A DNA stretch of 42,247 bases, taken from a virus (taxonomy: Duplodnaviria > Caudoviricetes). Every line of letters begins with the position of its first letter. Within the stretch, counting starts at the first letter, position 1. Positions 1 through 8,315 of this stretch are shown here, piece after piece. A program made the translations under genes and the position numbers. A model generated the notes under the pieces. The model saw only the letters and a program-made list of their open reading frames with translations. It ran no database searches and was not told the DNA's origin. The stretch spans positions 1 through 42,247 of IMG/VR virus record IMGVR_UViG_3300012041_000039, one strand, 5' to 3'.

Positions 1-213
1 CCCACTGTACTCGATAAAAACTGTGATAACTTCTTGATGGAATCTGCCATTGAAGGCGAATCAGAAACATACAAATTTCTTTATTTACAAGATTCATCTA
101 CTCCACGTCGTTACGTGTTGCGTGTTCCACCAGAAGTAACAAAGGTTCGTGAAGCAATTGCATGGACATTCGATATGACAGCGGACGAATATGCTCCAAC
201 AGTAGAGACTTAA
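1..213 (+). CDS. DUF6745-like domain protein, 3' end (partial)
   Basis: Frame 1 is open to TAA at 211-213 and reads ...QDSSTPRRYVLRVPPEVTKVREAIAWTFDMTADEY, matching the D-x-ST-x-R-x-Y-x-LRVPP...A-x-AWTF pattern of DUF6745. Not in the ORF track. Confidence 0.65.
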   Translation, partial: PTVLDKNCDNFLMESAIEGESETYKFLYLQDSSTPRRYVLRVPPEVTKVREAIAWTFDMTADEYAPTVET

Positions 214-408
214 ATGTCCGTAAAGGATATATGGTTTATTGTTATAATTCTACTTTTATTCTTGGGTTTAACACTACAGTATTCACTAGGTTATCTTAAG
301 GTGGAAGATGATTGTATAGAGAGGCGTGAGATAGCTTCATCGCAAAAAGGCCCAGAAGATGATCGTACACAAACTCTAACAGAAATAAAGACAAGGGATT
401 GTAAATGA
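214..408 (+). CDS. small membrane protein
   Basis: N-terminal hydrophobic stretch (WFIVIILLLFLGLTL); starts directly after the upstream stop; ATGA overlap with the next gene. Confidence 0.6.
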   Translation: MSVKDIWFIVIILLLFLGLTLQYSLGYLKVEDDCIERREIASSQKGPEDDRTQTLTEIKTRDCK

Positions 409-791
409 ATAATCTAACGCATAGATTCGCAGAAGAAGTACATGATTTATCAATTAAACTTCAGTACGCCATAGATCATATGACACTTGAGGAACATTGT
501 TATACGTTTCCTGATGGTGATACATGGTGGCAAACTGGTCACGAACCTAAATCAGTGAGTGCACTTGATCAACTTAGAAACATACCTATTAATGAGCTTC
601 CAACAATAAGATTACTATTTGAAGGGTGTAAGGAATCTTCATCTATCGAAGATTTAAGAATAGTGATTCATTACGCTCTTGGAGAGTTAGATCGTACTCA
701 AGAATCGATTCGTAGATGGGATGAATTCGGTCACAATCACAGTCACATGGATATGAATACATCTATTTCTGGCAAAGGCCCGCGAGTTTAA
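405..791 (+). CDS. hypothetical protein
   Basis: 128-aa ORF coupled by an ATGA overlap; no recognisable motif. Confidence 0.65.
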   Translation: MNNLTHRFAEEVHDLSIKLQYAIDHMTLEEHCYTFPDGDTWWQTGHEPKSVSALDQLRNIPINELPTIRLLFEGCKESSSIEDLRIVIHYALGELDRTQESIRRWDEFGHNHSHMDMNTSISGKGPRV

Positions 792-816
792 GTAAAAGAA
801 AGGAAGCAATTTCTAA

Positions 817-1866
817 ATGATAGCTTCTGTCGTTGAAAGAGCCACTTTCAAGCGGTGCCGTCGTAAGTGGTGGTTAACATCAGATACTCAGGAAAATCTT
901 GAGCCTATAGCATTAGCTCCCGCTCTATTGCTTGGTGGTATGATTCAGGAAGCATTAAGTTACTGGACAGAACGCCCTGATTCTGATCCAGTAGAGAGCT
1001 TCGCTAAGCTTAGCGAGAACGCTATAATTAAGTATAGCGATTTATACTATGAGCGCCATGAATTTCCTATCAGTGACCTTGAATTAGATGAAGTTTACAA
1101 GGTCATTGAATTAGGCATGGCGATGACGACTAATTATCGCGATTATTATAAAGCCCCACTACCCGCAGGTTTCCATGTAATACAAACCGAACAGCGTATG
1201 CTTGTTGATATTCCCAACACTGAACACTGGGAATGCAACAATTGCGGATATGTCTATTACGATGTAGATGTAAATTGGAAGCCCGATGATATACTTCTAT
1301 GTCAAGATGGCTGTATGCAACCAATGGTAACATGGCAATCTCATAAACTACGTGGTACACTTGATAGCCTGCTACAAAACAAAGATGGTCGGGTGTTCCC
1401 GCTAGAGCGTAAAACTTACGCCGCCCGCCCAGAAGTATCGAAGTTACAGCACGATGATCAGATGCTTGCATATGATTGGATGATTTCTAAAATCTATCCG
1501 AATCAAGTTGGTGGTACGCTGTATGATGGTTTATGGAAACGAGCTGCACCACCCAATACTAAAAGCAGTCGTACTGGACAAAAGAATACAATAGAGGATT
1601 TGTTTTATCGTGATATTTTCTATCGACCACAAGCTGAACGTGATGAGTTTGAGGCTCTATTAGCTATAGAAGTTAACGATATGTGTCGAGCTAAACAGGA
1701 ACAAGCTTACTACATTAATCGTCAATGGATGGGCTGCTTTGATTGCGGCGTAGAAAAACTTTGTAGTGCAATGAGTCGCGGTGAGGACACTACGTATATA
1801 CGTGAAACATACTACCATCCTCGACCAAGTGAAGGTTTTATGTTGTTCGAAATGGAAGCTGAATAG
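817..1866 (+). CDS. Cas4/RecB-like PD-(D/E)xK exonuclease with probable 4Fe-4S cluster and an inserted Zn ribbon
   Basis: N-terminal Cys (FKRCRRKW), nuclease motifs LRGTLD...LERKT and QMLAY, C-terminal CxxC-x5-C (GCFDCGVEKLC); extra CNNC...CQDGC insert; AAGGAAG RBS. Confidence 0.85.
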   Translation: MIASVVERATFKRCRRKWWLTSDTQENLEPIALAPALLLGGMIQEALSYWTERPDSDPVESFAKLSENAIIKYSDLYYERHEFPISDLELDEVYKVIELGMAMTTNYRDYYKAPLPAGFHVIQTEQRMLVDIPNTEHWECNNCGYVYYDVDVNWKPDDILLCQDGCMQPMVTWQSHKLRGTLDSLLQNKDGRVFPLERKTYAARPEVSKLQHDDQMLAYDWMISKIYPNQVGGTLYDGLWKRAAPPNTKSSRTGQKNTIEDLFYRDIFYRPQAERDEFEALLAIEVNDMCRAKQEQAYYINRQWMGCFDCGVEKLCSAMSRGEDTTYIRETYYHPRPSEGFMLFEMEAE

Positions 1867-2120
1867 TGTCTAGAACGACAAAAGAAATTGATGTTATAAT
1901 TAAGCGAAAGTTAGATGTTATAACGTGCGATTTTTGTGGGAAAGAATGGGCCGTATCTAGAAGAGATATAGCCGATCCTGAAGTTCCAGAAGTAGAGTTT
2001 TTACAAATAATTAAACATTCATCCAATGACTCTATTGCATGGGATGATATGTTACAAGGTGAATTCTGCTCCTTAACCTGCTTACAGAGTTGGACATATC
2101 GTATAACAGGTTGGCAGTGA
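1866..2120 (+). CDS. small Zn-finger protein
   Basis: TCDFCG...EFCSLTCL pattern; overlaps both neighbours. Confidence 0.7.
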   Translation: MSRTTKEIDVIIKRKLDVITCDFCGKEWAVSRRDIADPEVPEVEFLQIIKHSSNDSIAWDDMLQGEFCSLTCLQSWTYRITGWQ

Positions 2121-2452
2121 AATCAATTCCAATACTCAAGTATGATCCCAAAGTTGTAGTTGTATGTCCATTAATACATGATAACCCTAGTATTCATTTG
2201 CTAATTGAAGAGCAGTTAGATTGGGAGTGGATAGCTACTATTAATACTCCTGATAACCATCTAACGTTTAGCATGGTTCATAGAATGCCAATGCGAATAT
2301 TAGATTATACTGTAACTATGGACATGCAACGACCTCGAAAGTTTTACAAACAAAAAGTTAAAGAACCAATACTTCCATTAAAAACACGTGATGTGTGGAT
2401 CGAGGATTGCGACATGTTTTACATGAAACGACAAAAGGTGGTACGCATATAA
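2117..2452 (+). CDS. hypothetical protein
   Basis: Track ORF 2090..2452; the GTG at 2117 forms a GTGA overlap with the upstream stop and is the likelier start. Confidence 0.6.
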   Translation: MKSIPILKYDPKVVVVCPLIHDNPSIHLLIEEQLDWEWIATINTPDNHLTFSMVHRMPMRILDYTVTMDMQRPRKFYKQKVKEPILPLKTRDVWIEDCDMFYMKRQKVVRI

Positions 2453-3288
2453 TGGTTCGTCCTGCTATAACACAAGAAAACAAATCTAGTTTTGGCGGAC
2501 TACAAATCCGATACACGGATGATATTAAAGAAGTCGGTACTAACTGGACATTGTTCGGGCCTGCTGGGGCCGGTAAGAGCACATTTCCCTTACCATTAGC
2601 AGAAAGTGAAGAATTTGGCCCATTGTTTTATGTAGCAAGTGGTTCTGGTTTAAGTGTTGTTCAACACAAACATATACCCTATATTATCCCTGAAAAGTGG
2701 CAAGATTTACAGCGTGTTCTTGACGAATGCAAGAAATGTACACCAGAAAGTATGCCGCCATTTAAGGCTATAGCTCTTGACAACTTGAGCGAATTCATAG
2801 TGTTAGCACGATGGCATGTCTGTCCTATCAATGGTTACCCAGAAGGTACTAATGCGTTGCGTGATTGGAATAAGATCACGCAGATGGTAATCACCTATGT
2901 GCGTGAATGGCGTGATCTTACGGAACAGTTACCCATACACGTATTCTTTATGGCATGGGATTCAGATGAACGGGGTACTGCAAGTGGTGCAGGTAAATTA
3001 ACTATCGATCTTAATCCTGCACTGCAAAAAGCATACCCCGGTATAGTTGACACGATAGGTCATATTAGTGTGCCTAACCATGATCCTGATCATCGTGTTG
3101 TTAACTTTACACCTGATATGAAAGCCATTACTAAGTTCCGTCGTAATCCCTCAGCTAATGCGCGTAAGATTCCGTACGAAGTGTACTACGGACTCGACAA
3201 TTTGCCAATCGTAGATATTCTAAAAGTTATGCGCCACGATGATGTGTGGCCTGCCGATAAATACAAGCGACCTAATCGTGGTGAATAA
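2452..3288 (+). CDS. AAA_24 / Sak4-like ATPase (ssDNA annealing, recombination)
   Basis: Walker A GPAGAGKST, Walker B IALDNLSE, later DTIGHI motif; located between a Cas4-like nuclease and SSB genes; TAATG overlap gives start 2452. Confidence 0.8.
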   Translation: MVRPAITQENKSSFGGLQIRYTDDIKEVGTNWTLFGPAGAGKSTFPLPLAESEEFGPLFYVASGSGLSVVQHKHIPYIIPEKWQDLQRVLDECKKCTPESMPPFKAIALDNLSEFIVLARWHVCPINGYPEGTNALRDWNKITQMVITYVREWRDLTEQLPIHVFFMAWDSDERGTASGAGKLTIDLNPALQKAYPGIVDTIGHISVPNHDPDHRVVNFTPDMKAITKFRRNPSANARKIPYEVYYGLDNLPIVDILKVMRHDDVWPADKYKRPNRGE

Positions 3289-3589
3289 AACAACCATTGG
3301 TCATAACGATGAGTACGTATTTACAAGTTATGATAACTTCTATGATCAAAATGGTGATCCTGTAGTTACATTGTGGTTCTCACGTAATGGTCGTATAGCA
3401 GCATCAAAACAAATGAGCTTAGCCAATCATATGTTATGGCGTTTCAAACGTGTTGCTATAATTATGGGAGCTAACCCTTTGGAGTTTGAAGGTAGTATCG
3501 ATACAGACGTGGTTTTAGAACAGTTAGTAGGAAAGACAGTACGTCTAAAAGGTATAGACGCTCCACAACAATATGATAAAGAGTCCTAA
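3281..3589 (+). CDS. DUF669-like SSB paralogue (divergent)
   Basis: MLWRFKRVAIIMGANPLEFEGSIDTDVVLEQLVGKTVRLK aligns by eye with SLWSFKKTAVALGADPEAFVGEFDTDEIMVDLVGEECRIK of 3889..4287. Start placed at GTG 3281. Confidence 0.65.
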   Translation: MNKTTIGHNDEYVFTSYDNFYDQNGDPVVTLWFSRNGRIAASKQMSLANHMLWRFKRVAIIMGANPLEFEGSIDTDVVLEQLVGKTVRLKGIDAPQQYDKES

Positions 3590-3815
3590 CTTTACAGAAG
3601 TACACAGTTTCGACGTAGAATATGTACGAGTGGCAGATGGTCACACAATAGTAGTCGCTGTTACAGCAAATGTTGATTTCACTAGAGATTTCATCTCTCA
3701 CGGTAATGTCTCTATACCGATTATAGATGATGATCTTAATACTATGCGAGACATTATTGCACGTGTAGTAGACCACATCGATTTAACTATTAAAACTCTG
3801 AAAGGGGGTGGTTGA
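3573..3815 (+). CDS. hypothetical protein
   Basis: 80-aa ORF in the co-oriented gene run. Confidence 0.6.
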   Translation: MIKSPNFTEVHSFDVEYVRVADGHTIVVAVTANVDFTRDFISHGNVSIPIIDDDLNTMRDIIARVVDHIDLTIKTLKGGG

Positions 3816-3888
3816 TGTTCACTACAATTAAATAGCGAACATTGGGGCAATAAGTAAAAGAAAAAGAAAAAAGGAAAGTTAAAGAAAA

Positions 3889-4287
3889 ATGTGTCCAGTA
3901 GTTGATGGTTCCGCAATTCAAGAGTTTGAGCAGCTACCGGAAGGTATTTACCCTGCCAAGCTTGAAAAGTGGGAAAACAAGGAAACCAAGAGCGGCGATT
4001 CAATTAACGTCAACATGACCTTTGTGGTCACTGAGGGCGAGTGCGAAGGGCGTAAGGGTTTCCTTTCACGTAACCTTAAGCCGCAATCGCTATGGTCGTT
4101 CAAAAAGACGGCAGTAGCTTTAGGTGCTGATCCTGAAGCCTTTGTAGGCGAATTCGACACCGATGAAATCATGGTTGATCTTGTCGGTGAAGAGTGTCGC
4201 ATTAAGGTTGAGGAACAAAAGGAAGGCGACTACGCAGGTCGTACACAGATTACTGATGTACTGGCCGCTGCGTATGCGTTGAAGTAA
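3889..4287 (+). CDS. DUF669-family single-stranded DNA-binding protein
   Basis: FEQLPEGIYPAKL...SG...F.V..GE.EGRK...LVG..CRIKV pattern of phage DUF669 SSBs; AAGGAAAG RBS in an A-rich leader. Confidence 0.8.
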   Translation: MCPVVDGSAIQEFEQLPEGIYPAKLEKWENKETKSGDSINVNMTFVVTEGECEGRKGFLSRNLKPQSLWSFKKTAVALGADPEAFVGEFDTDEIMVDLVGEECRIKVEEQKEGDYAGRTQITDVLAAAYALK

Positions 4288-4298
4288 GCGCTTTGCGC

Positions 4299-4370
4299 TG
4301 CTGGTCTACCCGTAGGTAAGAGTGGGGGCAAAACCGAGTACGGGGAGTCAGGCTGATACCACCGCCAGCA
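4299..4370 (+). ncRNA. candidate structured intergenic RNA or cis-element
   Basis: GC-rich intergenic segment closed by TGCTGG/CCAGCA, with an inner CCCGTA/TACGGG stem enclosing GGGGCAAAA. No family recognised. Confidence 0.35.
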
Positions 4371-4379
4371 AACAAAATT

Positions 4380-4685
4380 ATGACAGGTGAAATAAGATTC
4401 ACTGTAGATTTATCAGAAGTATTAGCTAAACTAGAGGAAATAAAAACCTTAATGACTCAACAGTTTACCAATCTTAACGAATCACTTGATGCAGCCGGTA
4501 CATCTCTTGAAGAAATTGCAGAAGATTTAGGCGCTGCAATCGCAGAGATTACTGCTCTCAAAGAGCAACTCGCCGCAGGACTTACTCCCGAAGAAACTAC
4601 TGCTGTACAGGCTCGTATCGACACGCTGGTAGCTAGTCTACAAAGCGCCGCTGATATTATCGATCCCGCTGTACCACCCGCATAA
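4380..4685 (+). CDS. acidic coiled-coil protein
   Basis: Heptad-like Leu/Ile periodicity, Ala/Glu rich. Confidence 0.7.
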   Translation: MTGEIRFTVDLSEVLAKLEEIKTLMTQQFTNLNESLDAAGTSLEEIAEDLGAAIAEITALKEQLAAGLTPEETTAVQARIDTLVASLQSAADIIDPAVPPA

Positions 4686-4700
4686 AGTTTTGTCTTGCTC

Positions 4701-4728
4701 GGTACATATACTAACTAGTATATGTACC
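4701..4728. repeat. perfect 13-bp inverted repeat (candidate operator or priming hairpin)
   Basis: GGTACATATACTA-AC-TAGTATATGTACC, intergenic, just upstream of the GGAGGA RBS of the mini-ORF preceding the primase. Confidence 0.8.
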
Positions 4729-4742
4729 TATGGAGGATAAAG

Positions 4743-4856
4743 TTGAAGCGTACTAGTAAGAAATCTAAAAAGTTTATTATGAATAAAGAAGAAGCCACGG
4801 CGCTTAATAGACTTCAACAGGAAGCAATTAAAAAACTAGCAGAGGTTAAGAAATAG
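4743..4856 (+). CDS. 37-aa basic mini-ORF coupled to the primase gene
   Basis: GGAGGA RBS at 4732-4737, TTG start, MKRTSKKSKKFIMNKEEATALNRLQQEAIKKLAEVKK*; its TAG overlaps the ATA at 4853. Confidence 0.6.
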   Translation: MKRTSKKSKKFIMNKEEATALNRLQQEAIKKLAEVKK

Positions 4857-7216
4857 ATACTGCTAGTTTTCTTAAATCAGTAGTTACTACTCCTGATGGC
4901 TGGTTTAATCTAGCGCTTAGAGATGCTGAACGTGAGTGGAAGCAAAGTTGGTACAAGTGGCCCCATCAACTAGATGAAATAGTTGATGCTGCTGACAAAG
5001 CCTCGGCTGTACAAGACGTTTACTTTAGCGCTCACCTATTTGAAATTAAAGATGCACACAAACAGCATGTGCTACCGAGTCGCACTATTCAGTGCGATCT
5101 CGATAACGCTGCTGTACCACATACAAATGTGCCCTCAATACTAGTTGAAACTAGTCCTGAACGTCATCAGGGTTTCTGGTTTCTCGAATCACCTCAACAG
5201 CCTACTGACCTTGAAGCTATAAGTAAACAGGTTACTTATAGTATACCTGACGCTGACCATAGTGGTTGGTCACTAGGTCATCGTATGCGTGTACCTAATA
5301 CTTATAATCATAAGTATTCAAGTGGGCCAAAACCTGTTAAAGTTATTTCAGCTAGCCTAGAAAAATATGCTAGTTTAAAACTTCCTGATAATACAATAAT
5401 TGATCTTGATTTACCGTTAGCCGATGAATGGCAACCTACCCCGCTTATAGGCCATGGCCCGCGTGAGTTATGGCTACGCATTAAGCCCAGTTTGCCTCGC
5501 AGAGTACAAGCTGCATACGACCTGCGACAACAAGATCGTAGTGCGGCACTTTGGGCGTTAATGTTAGCGTTGTTTAGGCAAGGCTTGAGCCGCGATCAGG
5601 TATTTTGGATTGCACAAGCCAGTGCTAATAATAAATGGAAAGATAATCGTTTCCATGCTGACTTAGATCTAGCTAAAGATGTATTTCGCGCTGAACGTGC
5701 TGTCGTCGCAGGTATTGATGATGGTGGTGATGTACTTGCAAAAATCAATGATGCTCGCCGTATGCCCGGTGCACCTAACGAGCGTAGAGCTTATTTAGCA
5801 CATATAGTTAAAGAAGCTATGGCGGCAGCAGGCACATTCGTTAGTGCCGATGATGGACAAGATTGGTATATTCGTAGTGATACTGGTCGTCCTATTTTAC
5901 TGACTCGTAGTAGTGAATATCTAAATAGCCTATTAGAAACTCGTTTCGGTCTTAATGCAGTTGAACCAGAACAACGCTACGTTATAAATAATCTACTAAC
6001 ATCAGCTAAGGAAACTGGCTTGCCTGGTTTAACCAGTGCTCTAAGCCACTACGATAAACCTCAAAATGTAGTACTGCTACATACAGGTCGTCGCGATGTA
6101 CTTCGTATCGACAACAATAAAATCTCAACCCAAAGTAATGGCCACCTTAATGTAGTATTTCCTTGGCGTTTACATGAAGAACCATTTAGCCCTGACATAA
6201 ACAATCCTTTGAGTATCGATCGTATGTTCGATGAATGTTTCGATAATCTTAATGACATGCCATCGAACGAAGCCTTAGCTCTGGTTAAGTCATGGCTCTA
6301 TTTTTTATTTTTTAGAGATGCCGCCAGAGCACGTCCAATTCTTGCACTTCTAGGACAACCCGGAAGTGGTAAGACTGCTCTTTTTAATAGAATCTATACA
6401 TTATTATATGGCCCTGAAAAAGCAATTAATACTATAACTACAGCGGATAACTTCGACAGTGCAGTATCAAGTAACCCATTGGTTGTATTTGATGGTGTTG
6501 ACTCATGGGTAGGTTGGTTGCCTGATAAACTATCGCTAAGTGCAGGAGTAAGCGTCTTAGAGAAACGCAAATTATATACTGACAATGATGCTTTTACTGT
6601 ACGTCGCCAAGCTATGGTGGGTATAACTGCACACAACCCCAAATTTAGACGAGAAGATATTATCGACCGAATGATTATATTGTCATTTCATAGGTTCAAG
6701 ATATTTAAACCTAGTACTGAGATAATAGCTGAGATGGTAACTAATCGCAACCGTTTATGGGGAGGTATAGTAAATGATTTACAACTTATATTAAATACAC
6801 CAATTCCTACCGAAGAAGAGCTTCCGCGATTTCGTATTAGTGACTTCGCACGATTTGGTCTTTGGTTCGCTAGAGCACTAAACTATGAAGATGATTTCGT
6901 GGCTGCATTAAAGACTAACGTACATGAACAAACCAGTTTTAACCTTGAAGAAGAAGATGCTTTAGTAGACACGATACGTGTTTGGATACAAACTAAATAC
7001 TATGATCCAACGAGGTACTACAAAGTTAGTGAGTTATGGACAGCATGGCAAGCTAATAGTCGTGATCCTACTAACTTTATGCGACAGTATCGTAATGCAG
7101 TAATGCTTGGTAAAAAGCTATGGACTCTTCAAGAAACTCTCAATTCAGTATTTGAAGTAGAGTTTGAATCCGATCTACATACTTCATCTCGTGTATGGAG
7201 AATACAGCCTAAGTGA
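4853..7216 (+). CDS. RepB'-type primase fused to a P-loop helicase-like domain
   Basis: DVYFSAHLF, QCDLD, PSILVETSPERHQGFW, AD.SGW...RMRVPNTYNHKY (RepB' primase); DRS...ALFRQG helical domain; Walker A GQPGSGKT. The frame is open 72 codons upstream of the track's GTG 5069. Confidence 0.85.
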   Translation: MDTASFLKSVVTTPDGWFNLALRDAEREWKQSWYKWPHQLDEIVDAADKASAVQDVYFSAHLFEIKDAHKQHVLPSRTIQCDLDNAAVPHTNVPSILVETSPERHQGFWFLESPQQPTDLEAISKQVTYSIPDADHSGWSLGHRMRVPNTYNHKYSSGPKPVKVISASLEKYASLKLPDNTIIDLDLPLADEWQPTPLIGHGPRELWLRIKPSLPRRVQAAYDLRQQDRSAALWALMLALFRQGLSRDQVFWIAQASANNKWKDNRFHADLDLAKDVFRAERAVVAGIDDGGDVLAKINDARRMPGAPNERRAYLAHIVKEAMAAAGTFVSADDGQDWYIRSDTGRPILLTRSSEYLNSLLETRFGLNAVEPEQRYVINNLLTSAKETGLPGLTSALSHYDKPQNVVLLHTGRRDVLRIDNNKISTQSNGHLNVVFPWRLHEEPFSPDINNPLSIDRMFDECFDNLNDMPSNEALALVKSWLYFLFFRDAARARPILALLGQPGSGKTALFNRIYTLLYGPEKAINTITTADNFDSAVSSNPLVVFDGVDSWVGWLPDKLSLSAGVSVLEKRKLYTDNDAFTVRRQAMVGITAHNPKFRREDIIDRMIILSFHRFKIFKPSTEIIAEMVTNRNRLWGGIVNDLQLILNTPIPTEEELPRFRISDFARFGLWFARALNYEDDFVAALKTNVHEQTSFNLEEEDALVDTIRVWIQTKYYDPTRYYKVSELWTAWQANSRDPTNFMRQYRNAVMLGKKLWTLQETLNSVFEVEFESDLHTSSRVWRIQPK

Positions 7217-7701
7217 ACGACGTACTTAATAATTTAGTATTAAGAGCTTTATACTGCGAAGTATGTGGTCAATTGTTACCCGTAGCATGTGATGATGCTG
7301 ATACAGTATTGAAGCTACGAGTTGTACATGACACAAGCCATCATGTATTTCTACATGAAGATGAAGTAGCTGTATGGTATATTAATGAGAAAGGTCAACC
7401 ATCAGTACCTATTAACAACTCTATTATTCGATTGGGTGGTTGTCATGGTGCTATATTAGGATACAAAGTGAACACGTTGATAAACCGTAATGACAAAGCT
7501 CCATACAGTATAGGTACAGCAGACGAATTTATGGCTAGTTACGCATGGGATTCAGGAGTATCAGTAGAGCTTCTAAAAGAGCATGGTCGTATTCCACGAT
7601 ATGTAAGTCGTTGTGGTGATTATGATTTTCCTCATTGGGAAATGGGTTTCGAAGGAGACGACGATTTTGACAGACGTAATGAAATCGAGCCACCAAAATG
7701 A
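7213..7701 (+). CDS. hypothetical protein with N-terminal CxxC
   Basis: YCEVCG; GTGA overlap with the primase stop. Confidence 0.6.
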   Translation: MNDVLNNLVLRALYCEVCGQLLPVACDDADTVLKLRVVHDTSHHVFLHEDEVAVWYINEKGQPSVPINNSIIRLGGCHGAILGYKVNTLINRNDKAPYSIGTADEFMASYAWDSGVSVELLKEHGRIPRYVSRCGDYDFPHWEMGFEGDDDFDRRNEIEPPK

Positions 7702-7799
7702 CAACTGATACTTTACAAACTATATCCATAATTATGATAGGAATAGCTTTGTCTATACATATTATCATTGAGTTAATAAAGGATAAACATGGCAACTAA
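7698..7799 (+). CDS. 33-aa single-TM mini-protein
   Basis: ATGA overlap; MTTDTLQTISIIMIGIALSIHIIIELIKDKHGN*; below the track cutoff. Confidence 0.55.
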   Translation: MTTDTLQTISIIMIGIALSIHIIIELIKDKHGN

Positions 7800-7986
7800 A
7801 ACAGGTGATTTACGATGTTATTTAGAACCACAGTTAAAAGAAGCTTTTATAGCTCTGGCTAGTAAGTCCGACATGACACCTAGTGCTATGCTTCGAGCAA
7901 TGGTAATAGATGCTTTGCGTTTTCAGGGTTTACTACCGGAGAGTAGCAGCTATGATTTATTAAAGGGCATGGTGGTTAATGCCTGA
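7789..7986 (+). CDS. ribbon-helix-helix (CopG/Arc-like) DNA-binding protein
   Basis: Alternating strand LRCYL, helix PQLKEAFIALA, then MTPSAMLRAMV; AAGGA RBS. Confidence 0.7.
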   Translation: MATKTGDLRCYLEPQLKEAFIALASKSDMTPSAMLRAMVIDALRFQGLLPESSSYDLLKGMVVNA

Positions 7987-8299
7987 ATGTATATGTTTAC
8001 CGTTTGCAGATTATGGAAGAATTAAAACTTACGTAGAAGATTGTCCTGAGCATCGTTGTGGGCTTCATATATTTACGGATGATTTAAGTGTAACATGCTG
8101 TCTTGAAAAAGGACATGAAGGTTTTTGTAGACTTAAAAGTAAGCCACATGTATTAACTGTACAACCGTATCAAAGAAAGCGAGAAATATACGAAGAAGAT
8201 CCTGAATTTAAATCGGTATCAAGAGGCGATGGTTTAGCATTTACTGTACCCACTTGGGTAGCTGAAATATTACAGCGACACGCTAACGAGGTAGTATGA
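7979..8299 (+). CDS. Cys/His-rich hypothetical protein
   Basis: CxC...CPEH and C.L..GH.G putative Zn-binding patterns. Confidence 0.6.
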   Translation: MPECICLPFADYGRIKTYVEDCPEHRCGLHIFTDDLSVTCCLEKGHEGFCRLKSKPHVLTVQPYQRKREIYEEDPEFKSVSRGDGLAFTVPTWVAEILQRHANEVV

Positions 8300-8315
8300 T
8301 TAACAAGGTAAGTAT

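Noticed and set aside
817-1866. CRISPR-Cas locus suggested by the Cas4-like gene
   Set aside because: I found no repeat-spacer array or other cas genes; the context is a Sak4/SSB recombination module.
4300-4370. tRNA gene
   Set aside because: An acceptor-like stem is present, but there is no GTTCRA T-loop or proper anticodon arm. Kept only as an unclassified structured element.
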